Of a stretch of 64,000 bases of DNA, positions 41,276 to 50,745 are shown piece by piece. The stretch covers positions 1,860,001-1,924,000 of the forward strand of contig JAYWIR010000017.1 of NCBI GenBank assembly GCA_036172245.1. Direction: 5' to 3'. A model generated the notes under the pieces. The model did no database searches. It worked only from the letters and a program-made list of their open reading frames with translations, and was not told the DNA's origin. The DNA is from Raillietiella orientalis (Eukaryota). The position numbers were made by a program, and so were the translations under genes. The number at the start of each line of letters is the position of its first letter. The stretch's first letter is position 1.

Positions 41276-41849
41276 TCTCTCGCGCGCCGCTCACGCCTCA
41301 CCCCTAGGACGGCCGCTTGCCTCGTGTGGCGCTCGCGTCCTCCTACCGCGTGGCCCGCATTGAGCTCTCCTCCCGCTCATGGGAGATCCCCATCCCGGTT
41401 TTTCCCGGAGAGGCAGGCAGGGCAGGCGGACTCGAGGTTTCGGCGCGATTTATGGAGGGGGCCCGTCGAGGAGTTCCCCCTTCGTCCGAGAGCTCCCTGC
41501 GTCCGATCCATCACCAGCCGAAAAGCGGGAGAGGGGGGATTCGGGTCTACTTCCGGGATCCCTTCTCGTCTTCCTTTCCCGTTTTCCTTCCTTTTTTTTT
41601 TTTTTCCTTTTCCCTCCTCCCACTTTTCCGTTCCCGTGCCTAGCTCGCTCCTTCCTCTCCGCGGGTTCTTCCAAGCAGACCGAAAGGGGATCTTCCGGGA
41701 AGGAAGCGGCCTGGCGGGATGAGTGACTGCTCGCTTCGTTCCGCTCGCTCTGGAAGTTCCCGGATCGACGAGATGCCGAGCGAGCCCAGACGCGACGGGA
41801 GGAAGCAGGACGCTCCCCCTTCCTTCCCCATGTCCCCGAAACTTTCAAG

Positions 41850-43106
41850 ATGGCTCTCGCCGCACGCCCCCTCCCCCATTCTCTCCCTCCCCCGCACGAC
41901 CTCCTCCGCATCGCCCTTTGGGGCAAGGGGAGGCCCCGAGTCCCTTTGAGGGACTTATGCGCTCCGCGTCGGGACGGCGGTCTTGGACTCCTGACGCTGG
42001 AGCGCTTGGAGATTCAGCTGCGATGCCGCACCCTAGCCATCGCATCGAAGTCGTGGAGCACCTCTTGGTGCGTTCCGGCCCGCCTCCTATGTGCCAGGCG
42101 TGTGTCCCGGTGCGAAGGACTCGCGTCTTTTCTTCTGTGCCCTGGCCGGAAGATCAGAAGGTGCGGCCTACTGCTCGGGCGCATGGCAACCCTGGCGAAG
42201 GAGAACAGCTGGATGGTTTGCTGCCCCGCCAACTCCTCCGCCTGGCTGGAGGAGACTGCTGGCACCTGGGCAAAGCTGAACCTGCGGTGTGAAGAATCCT
42301 GCAACCGCCTGCGATTCAGCAATTACGCCCGCCGCACTCTGCGGGAAATACTGGAGTCTCCCGCGAGCTGCACTTGGACCGAGACGACACCCCTTGCTAC
42401 GGCGATGCCCTACCTCCGGAGGGCGCTTCACGGCAGCCAGAAGCCGAAGTGGCAAGTCTCCTGCCAAATCGCAGGCAGGGAGAAGAAGATGAGCGGTTGG
42501 ACCATGGGAGAACTGGCAGACGCCACGACCCCTAGTGCCCTTCCGCGTGGACTTCTGAGATGGAGCGAGCTGCTCGGCATCCCGACGGATGACCTGAAGT
42601 GGCCCCCAGTTCTCATCGGATCCAGGCTTCTCCCCCTGAAGTGGCAAGAGTCGGCGTTGCTGCTGTTGCATTGGGGTCTACCCTGCAACGCGCGCCGCTT
42701 CCACTGGACGCGGGGAAGTGTAAGGCCTGAGTGTGCCAGGTGTGGGGAGCGGGAATCGCTCTCCCATCTTCTTGTGGACTGTTCTGCCCTGCGACCCCTA
42801 TGGGACCGTTTTGGGACGACCCTCGGGCTCCCGGTGGGCAGCAATCCCAGAGACGTTCTTCGGCTACTCTTCGTGCGAGACGCCCTACAGCCTGCTGCAG
42901 CCCTCGCAGCCCTCTGCTGCATCCGAGGAATCGTGGCGGCTTGGAGAGAAACACGTGACGAAGAAGATGGCCATTACGAGAGGGACGTCATCCCGTATGC
43001 TGTTCGCTTCTTGTGGAGAGCTACTGGATGGCCCCAGCTGGGAAATATTCGGAAGGACCTCGAGGGCATCCTTCGAAGGATGGGCCCTCCTCCCAGTGAT
43101 TCGTGA
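41850..43106 (+). CDS. Intact 418-aa ORF equal to the post-RT C-terminal region of a LINE ORF2 (wrist plus zf-RVT/CCHC); candidate domesticated gene
   Basis: LWGKGRPRVPLRDLCAPRRDGGLGL near the N-terminus and LLHWGLPCNARRF...CARCGERESLSHLLVDC...LW (C-x2-C-x7-H-x4-C); longest ORF in the window; ATG to TGA without interruption. Homology is well supported; expression is unknown. Confidence 0.7.
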   Translation: MALAARPLPHSLPPPHDLLRIALWGKGRPRVPLRDLCAPRRDGGLGLLTLERLEIQLRCRTLAIASKSWSTSWCVPARLLCARRVSRCEGLASFLLCPGRKIRRCGLLLGRMATLAKENSWMVCCPANSSAWLEETAGTWAKLNLRCEESCNRLRFSNYARRTLREILESPASCTWTETTPLATAMPYLRRALHGSQKPKWQVSCQIAGREKKMSGWTMGELADATTPSALPRGLLRWSELLGIPTDDLKWPPVLIGSRLLPLKWQESALLLLHWGLPCNARRFHWTRGSVRPECARCGERESLSHLLVDCSALRPLWDRFGTTLGLPVGSNPRDVLRLLFVRDALQPAAALAALCCIRGIVAAWRETRDEEDGHYERDVIPYAVRFLWRATGWPQLGNIRKDLEGILRRMGPPPSDS

Positions 43107-43284
43107 TCCCTTCCCTGCCCTCCAACTTCTTTTTGTTTTCGTTATCTTTTATTTTTCTTTTTGTTTTTTCCCCATCCCCCTTTCACTGCCGAGGAGAGTC
43201 ACGCCGGGCTGCGTCCCGGTGTCCCGGCAGGTCCAGTGCATATGGCCGTGGTGGGGCCTCGTACCACGCATTGTAGAGTTTTTA

Positions 43285-43290
43285 AATAAA
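43285..43290 (+). promoter_or_regulatory. Polyadenylation signal for the 418-aa ORF / end of element 1
   Basis: AATAAA 179 nt after the stop codon, in GC-rich context where chance occurrence is low. Confidence 0.55.
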
Positions 43291-43329
43291 CGCCCCGGGC
43301 GTACCCGGGTGTAAACCCCTATTCGACAA

Positions 43330-46300
43330 TCCTCCGTCGCGGAGCGAGCTAGGGTTCTTGGAACAGGGAGTTCACAGGGAGAGGGCCGCACCCCCTCGCT
43401 TTCCATGCGACGGAACCATGCAACTGGGGGGGTTCTCGAGAAAAAAGCAGTCGGAAAGGACAGGGAGAGGCGTAGAACCGCGAGGGAGGCGGAGGAGGAA
43501 GTTTCATTCTTCCTACTGTTTCCCCCCCGCGACGCGCGACGCAAGGGGGATAGTAGGTCCTCTCCTCCTTGAGGGAAGTCCCTCCGTCCGAGGGTCGGGC
43601 AGGTGCTACTCCCGCCTCTCCCTCATGGAAGGGAGTCCCCGTTTCCTGTTGATGCTCTCAAGCCCGAAGAGCAGGGGTGACCCAGGCGGTGGAGGCCACT
43701 CGAAGAGGGTGACGAACGGCGGCTGCGCCGTGCCCCCCAGGTGGGCAGCGCAGCTTCCGAGAAGCTACTGGTTGCAACCCGCCCGCGGTTTGTGGCCCCG
43801 CCCCGCTAATTCACCTCCGACCACCTCCTGCCCTTTGTAGCCGCGGGCGCTCTGGGTAGCGAGTCTGACTGGCTCAGGAAAGGGCGTCTCCTCCTCCAGG
43901 AACGGGGGAGAATTCGTCTTTGGAAATCCCGGGCTAACCCTTTCTCCTCCACGTCGGGGAGGGGGGGAAGGGAAAGCAGCGAGAGAGGAAACAAAAGGGG
44001 CAGGGTTGTCTCTCGACTCCGCCGCCCGTCGGCGGAGAGATGCCTCTGCAGTCGCTCTGCCTTTCCCTCCCCCGCATCCGCGTTTCCACGGTTACGGAAC
44101 AGGAGGCGGGTCCTCCGCTGCCCCCAGCAGGATCAGCTGCGGATGGAGGGGCTCGGCACCCGGGGAAGAACAGAGCGGCGCAGCGTCCCTCCTTCCTCTC
44201 TGCCTTTGCGTGCTCCGGGAGGGAATTCGAGATTGGGGTGGAGTTCCGGGAGGGTAACGCCTGTCAGACGCCGGGTGGGGGGAAGGGGCTGAGGAGGGGA
44301 AATCGCCAAAGTCAAGCGGAGGCGAAGGCCGACTTCCCGCAGGCCAACTCTAAAAGCATCTGGCTAGAGAAGCTGTGGGAAACGCGCTCCATCTTGCCCT
44401 TGCCCGGAGCTGCCTTGCGTCGGCTCGAAAAGGGATGAAGGGGATGAGGACGCGAGCGGGCAGGGGAAAAGGGGAGCGAGGGGCGGAACAGAAAGGAAGG
44501 GGAAATACACAAGTTTCATTCCGGGATTCTCTCCCGAAGATGCCCCTGCACAAAACATTCGCGGCCGCGAGGGGAGGACCCAGGAAGACGCCGCTGTCCC
44601 GTGGGAGGGAGGAAACGCGCGTCCCTCCTCTTCTGGAAGGAGATCCGGGTTCGCTCGATCCCTCTGGTCTTCCCGGAGCTCCGCTCTCATCTTCCCCGTC
44701 ATCACGCCCTACCCCCGCGACAACCTAGGCTAGGTTTCCTACTCTCCCCTTTTTCCCTTCGCGAGGAACGGCTGTAACCGTTCTTCCCTTGCGCCGTGAG
44801 AGTTCTCGGACTCCTCCCATGAGCTCGGCGGCTGTCGTGGTCTGTTGGGGCCCGGAGGGGGAACGGCACAAACCTTCCCAGGGAGGATCGCTCACGCCGA
44901 CGCCTCTTCGCTCCCGGCGAGAGGCCAGAGGTCAGAGATCGTGACGGTGGATCGACCTGCAGCTCCACAAGCAAACTCACTGGATCGAGGCCTCCATTTT
45001 TTTTTTTTTTTTTTTCACCTCTCCCCTCTCCCTCCTGGGACCAGGTGTTCTCTTACTTAGGAGAGCGAGCGAGTGATCCTGCATCCTGCGAAGAGTAGAC
45101 GGGAACCGAGACGGAGGCAGTCTCTTGGGCACGCGGGAGGAGGAGGAAGGAGTAAAGCTCGCGGAAGAGCAAGTGGAAGATACCGATGCCCGTCAACTCT
45201 TCCGGTTGTGGGCCGGAAGGGTTCCTCTTCGGCATCTTCTTGGAAAACTGGAGGCTGCCTAGTCCCTCTAGAAAGGTACTGGGCCATCTCCACTCGGCTG
45301 GGCGATCCAAATGGGTACCTCTCCCCCAGCCTCCGGCCGTTGGCGTCTCGCATAGAGAGGGGTCGGTAGTCGCCAGGACGCCGGTCATCAACCTCTCCAA
45401 GGATACGATTTTGCTTTCCTTCCCCCTCTCTAATCGGCGCGGGAGTCGCGCTCCTCGGAACGGGCGGGAGGAACGCTCGCCCCACTCGATCACGTGATCG
45501 CAGTTTCCTCTGCGCGCAGTCGCGCGTCTCCCCAGGGAGCGCGATTCGGACCAGCAGGGCTTTCCCTCTCCTCCTCCTGAGGCTTCCAGGCTCCCCCAGC
45601 TGGTTGCCGAACACGCCGCCGGAACCGATCTCGTTCGGTTCTTTCGCAGAACTCATCCCGCAGCCCGAGGGGGGGTCTCCTTCATCCCAGTGCTCCAACA
45701 GCTCTGTGTGTTCCCTCCCTGCAGGTTTCGTCGCTGGCATGGCGGCATCCAGGTCTTTCGATCTCCGGCGGCGGGAGCCTCAGCAGCCACGCCCTCCGGA
45801 CTTCTTTGGAGCTGTCGCCCCGACGCTTTCTTTTTCCGGGCGATCCTTTCTTGATCAGAGTGGGTTGCAAGGCAACCGTCCAACCCCGTGGAGACGTCTG
45901 CGTTTGCGAGCAGCCTGCAGAGCAGGAGAGCCACGCTGCTTGACCCGCGAGACGGTCAGCAGCGGAGGGCTCTTAAACGGTGCTGTGGTCCGAGGTCGCC
46001 TCTGAGCATGGTCTTCCCGGCTCTCCCACTGCATACTCACAAGAGTTCGAACTTGGAAAACTCCGGGAACAGCACACTCGGAGCTCATGAAAACACAAAG
46101 CACGGAAATTCTGCCGCCCTTTCCTTCGTTCAGGCACTCAAAACGAACGTCCACAAAGAGCGTGTTTGCTTGTGTGGACGCATCTTTTGCCTCTCCCTTT
46201 TTTTTGAGCGCAACCCAGCTGTGCGACCGCATTCTTCTCCCTTTTAGAGTCAAGTTCTGGAGCAGTCTCTTCAAAACAGTGAAGTGCGTGCATTTAAATT

Positions 46301-47320
46301 TAAATTCTCAAAAATTTTGTCTCGAGAGTCGGCTTCCATGTGTGTACTTGATAGTCCAATGACCTGTAGCTTTTCTGGATCCTCTGGATGCTTCTCACTT
46401 CCCTCGCGTTTCCTTTTACTTCCCAAAGACGTGAATGTTCCTTTATTTTGAAATAATCCAAGGACAGACTGATGTCAAATAAAGAAGAGGACATTTGAGT
46501 TGGTTTTTCAGGTTTCCCGGGTCTCTTTCACCTCAGCTGCAATCAAAAATTTCTTCGTGAGAGCTCGATTTGCTCCTGAAGAAATCTGACAGAAACGTCT
46601 ACTGAGGCTGTGCATAATCTTGCTCAAATACTAAGAGCTGACAAAGGATACTAGCCGAGCTACCCACTGGTTATTACAGATTCTGATGTATGGTACCAAA
46701 TATGATTCGGCTTTCTTTGTTTGAGTCGTCATCTTTCAAATAAACACGTGTTTCTTCTGGTACAGTTGAACAGAAACATCTACTGAAAGAACTGAAAGCT
46801 GCAAGTTTGGAGCTAAGCAGATCGTACACTTCTGGACCGGGGTAACTATTTCTCGAAACCACTATCGATCCGAGAAGTCCTCGAGACTCACTAATTCCCA
46901 GCAAAAGGATGAAACAAAAGTGGACGCTCTTGTATCTATCAATAACTTTTGGTGAACTCTTTCGGATCTTTTCTCAGCATAAGTATCGGAAAAAAAGAAG
47001 AGAAAGTTTCCAAAAACAATGCGTTTTTTGCTTTCTGCAAGCAGGATGAAAAACTCCTCTCCTTCAACTACAAAAGTCTTTCACTGAAAGGCTCTTTCGA
47101 ACTAGCTAAAAAGGTTCAGGACGAATTTTTGTATCCTCCGTGTGATTCCTTATACGTGATTGAACAAGAATTCATGTAAACGAGCTTCTGCCACAAGCAC
47201 AAAACTGGTTAGTCAGCTACCACTTTACTGTCCAATCCACTGTTTTATTGATAATGTAACTGTTACGTGATGAAAGCGAAATTACATTAAAGCTCAGGAC
47301 AACGCCACATGCCCATTGGC
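43330..47320 (-). mobile_element. Fossil L1/Tx1-clade LINE ORF2 (element 2), tail-to-tail with element 1 and 3'-truncated
   Basis: Colinear minus-strand motifs: VIDRY and DFSDR (endonuclease-like, about 46865-46945, weak), SPEGVAAE (about 45790), WDEGDPPS, GDYRPLSM (about 45351-45374), SGVFLGPPLAA (about 44563-44595), FRADA at the YADD position (44416-44430), EVGLRL, LSADGR and SWRRRRPFLS; multiple frameshifts. Confidence 0.65.
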
Positions 47321-47489
47321 ACGGTTCAACTGTACCAGAAGAAACACGTGTTTATTTGAAAGATGACTCAAACAAAGAAAGCCGAACCGTATTCGGTACC
47401 GTACATCAGAATCTTTAATAACCAATGGGTAACTCAACGAGTATCATTTGTCAACACTTAGTCTTTCAGCAACATTATGCACAGCTTCA
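46603..47489. repeat. Long inverted repeat: arms 46603-46771 and 47324-47489, spacer about 550 nt
   Basis: The reverse complement of the right arm aligns over about 165 nt; the inner about 45 nt (tcatctttcaaataaacacgtgtttcttctggtacagttgaac) are identical. Confidence 0.92.
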
Positions 47490-47693
47490 TGGGGTGGCGT
47501 GTGGCTGATTAGTTTCTGATCTGCTAGTGATTTCAAGAAGAAAACCCGACGTGGGCTTGTTTCAGGGTCAGTTTATCCCCCGAAGCTAGCATATTTAGAT
47601 TCACATCTGTGAATCAGGTTCAAGTTCTACGTACACAATCGGGACACAAGAATCGTCCAGCTCTGAAGCAGATTTGTACGCTGAAACACGCTA

Positions 47694-50600
47694 TTCAGCC
47701 ATGCAAGTGAACTGGGCCATCATGTGGATGGACATGCCTGGAATAACCAGAATCCTGCATTTGCGGTGTAATGGAGAGATGAAGAACTTGTGAGGATGAA
47801 GAGTTTCTTCCAAATGAAGAACATTGTGAACGGTATTGTGGAAATGAGACGGCAGTCAGTATGCAACGATCCCTAACATATCGTGTTCTGGATCATTGAA
47901 GCAGTTTTAATATTCTGTGGATCATGCAGGGAATCCCATTATTGTTCTCTCTGTCATCACACAAAAAAATCTTTCTATAATCATGCAAGCAGGAAAATAA
48001 AATCCAGCTCGAACACAAACACTTCCTTGTTCACATACTGGTGACCATAAAGTAAAATTGTGAAATTGCATCGTTTCCTTTATTAGTGAAGCTTTCATGC
48101 TCGAGTCTTGAAATGGAACCGTAACGCTTTGCTTCTACCGAGATCGATGAGAAAAGAAATCAAGGGATTTTAGTTCTCTGCAATATAGGCGCTACATTAA
48201 AGCTTTGGAATGGAAACAGACCAGCAGCCTCGGACCATGTCTCCCTATTCACAAAAGACCGAAGGCATCACAAGGAAAATCAATCTTTATGTGCATGCCT
48301 GAATCCTTGGGAAGTTCCTCCCAACATCCTGGATTCGTCCAAGCGTGCAGAGCAGCATGTCTTGCATGAACTTTCGTCTGGTAGAGCGTTCATGATCTCG
48401 CTTAGCATTTTAACCGAATCCAGGATCAATCTTTCCACGAATAAGGATTTGCTTAACGTTTTCGTTTGCCCAGTGACCCAAACCAGCCTTAGCAATGCAG
48501 TATCCTATCCGATTTCCAGACTAAATCCAGAGTCTTATGAGTGCCTTGTTTCATTTTTCCAGTGGTCGCCAAGCGTGCGGGGAAGGAAGGGAACACGTGT
48601 TTCGACTCGAAAAAGAGCTATTCTCAGAATCGAAGATGGGTCTTGCGTCAGGGAACAGGAAAACAGGTCATCCTTGGAGGAACTCTTCTTCAGTCTCGTT
48701 TTCTATAAAACATCGAAAATCCACTCGATATGAAGGAGTATGTTTTCGTGTTTGGGCACATTTTCTAAATAATTGCCGTAGTGGCAGCCCACCTGAAAAA
48801 CAAATTGCAAACTTCTTGGAAAATGGTTTGCTGTCATCCCTCGAGGGAGCCTCCAGGTATCTGAGAGCATGCGTGTTTCACACTGAACACAAAGATCAGA
48901 GGATCCGTCTTTTAAGTTGCTGGCCTAGAAATGAATTCTGGCCGTCGTGAAGAAATAATGAAATTTGCACGGATGTTAGCGATGGCATTTCCGTTTCACT
49001 CCCATGACTACCACACGATGGAAATGCAAAATTCCTGGAGATCTAGATGGCTATCACCCAAGCATCAAAAGAAACGGTTGTGAGAGCACAACCTAGACCA
49101 TAAACAGCCTCGACACAACCACCATGAACCGTTCGGTAAAGGAAAGAAATTTCATGTTCAAATGAGATGTAGTCATCACAAAATGATCAGGATAATTTGT
49201 TACTGAAAGCCTGCAGCTCAGAAGGCACTCAAATATTTGGCCATCGACTTGATTTTCCAATATTTTCCATTTCCGTATTCGTTTCATTAGTCAGTTTAAA
49301 TATTTGGTATTGCAAGATTTCTTTTTATATGATGTTTTCGATTTGTGATTTCATTGCTGTGAGCTGGAAAAACACTGTACAGTAACACGATAAAAAAAAT
49401 TAACCAACTATTATTTAGTTGTGCTACTCGTGGGAGCTGACAAAGCAAACCACGCACTCGTTGAAATTTTCCATTTAGAATTTTCCAGGAACGCCTAGAC
49501 TTTTCTTTAAGTTGTGTTATTCGTCTGCTCCGGGAAATCGTACGGTAGGAGCGACTGCAGAAAACGGATCGTCAGTAAATCTGGAAGCATCAGCGAAAGG
49601 GAGTTCACATGAGGCTGTGGTTTCGTTCTCTGAGAGTTGGTTGTAACTCACTTCGCATCACTCAGTCCTTGATGGAATTCAAAGGGCACTCTTCTGTCTC
49701 TTGGAATTGTTTGCCCATATGGAAAGGTTCCATTTCGACAAATAGGTGCATGCTTTTGCTGCACTTAGTGGACTGGCATGTGATAGTTTAGTGCGCCTCC
49801 ACATTTACGTTTACAAAGGCACATCACAACATCATGAATAAACATAAATAAAAAATGCGCTGAACGTTAAACATGGCAATCTGATGGATTGTTTTGGTGC
49901 CTCTGTGAGTGAGCATTCTTATTTTTAACTTTCTATTTTCTCTTCACGTTTGAAATCGTGAACCCGTCTCTTTTCTTTTTTGCTGCATCCCTGAATTTGC
50001 ATGTTTCCTGTGGTTGTTCCCACATTCAGTGTGCTTTACACCTTGATCAAGGAAATCAACAAATCTTATGCCCACGGTTCCTCAAACTCATTTTTTCATT
50101 CTTTTGTCGACTAAAGCACAGGGGGCATTCTGCCACGCCGAAAAGTACTTTAGTGCTTCGACATAATCCAGGAAACAAATTGCGTCTCTTGAGAGTACGA
50201 AAATTCAAATGGGTAGGCATCGGTAACGTTTTAGAGTGACTCGTTGTTTCGCTTTTTTCTGAGAATCTGAACCTGTTTCCAACACTAAATATTTAAGCTG
50301 AGAAAATGGACGGTTATGAGAGCACAACCTAGACCATAAACAGCTTCGACACAACGACCATAAACAGCTTCGATGAAGAAAAGAAATTTCATGTTTAAAT
50401 GAGATGCAGCCATCACAAAGCGATCAGAATAATTTGCTGCTGAAAGTCTGCAAATCAGAAAACACCCAAATTGATTCGAAACACTCAAATGGCATCGACC
50501 TGATTTTCCAATATTTTGCATTTCCGCATTCGTTTCATTGGTCAGTTTAAATATTTGGTACTGCGAGATTTCTTTGAGGTGCTGTCTCATTTCCATAACA

Positions 50601-50745
50601 CCGTTCAGCATGCTCTTCAATCGGAAGAAACGCTTCATTCCCGAAAGTTCTTCATCCCTCCATTACTCACGACGAAAATGCAGGATTCTAGTCATTCCAC
50701 ACACGTCCATCCACATGATGATCCAGTTCAACTGCATGGCTGAAT
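47694..50745. repeat. Diverged inverted repeat pair: 47694-47853 and 50581-50745
   Basis: attcagccatgca...catcatgtggatggac...agaatcctgcattt...ggaaatgagac is found forward at 47694 and reversed at 50581-50745. Confidence 0.85.
49075..50576 (+). repeat. Diverged direct repeat pair: 49075-49324 and 50311-50576
   Basis: Both copies share gagagcacaacctagaccataaacagc...aaagaaatttcatgtt...gattttccaatatttt...gtcagtttaaatatttggta; the paired minus-strand ORFs 49093 and 50285 are similar for this reason. Confidence 0.9.

Larger units (their letters stand above)
39340..43290 (+). mobile_element. Fossil L1/Tx1-clade LINE ORF2 plus 3' UTR (element 1); a decayed ORF1 may lie at about 38000-39300
   Basis: Colinear degenerate motifs over about 3.75 kb, the size of an L1 ORF2. 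Endonuclease-like: AAAILL (about 39520), YGR, EVYSP (39665-39679), GDVF...SSRKTRAF (39873-39960). Linker: QQLWEVL. RT-like: FRLRRGARRPSLPP (41117-41158), GGLEVS (41425-41442). These are followed by an intact C-terminal region and AATAAA at 43285. Confidence 0.7.
40600..46100. other. GC/CpG-rich island
   Basis: Spot G+C counts: 46/60 at 41281 and 36/60 at 42541, versus 23/60 at 38641 and 19/60 at 46981; abundant CpG. Confidence 0.9.

Noticed and set aside
41639..43353. 13-bp inverted repeat CCTAGCTCGCTCC (41639-41651 and 43341-43353) flanking the intact ORF, suggesting an invertible cassette that would rejoin the C-terminal region to the minus-strand RT
   Set aside because: Each element has its own RT remnant and its own post-RT segment, so no inversion is needed; a 13-mer match in several kb of GC-rich DNA is plausible by chance; no recombinase is present.
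40600..46300. Numerous overlapping 60-280 aa Arg/Pro/Gly-rich ORFs on both strands
   Set aside because: Expected from stop-codon scarcity at high GC; apart from the LINE-derived motifs they show no protein features.
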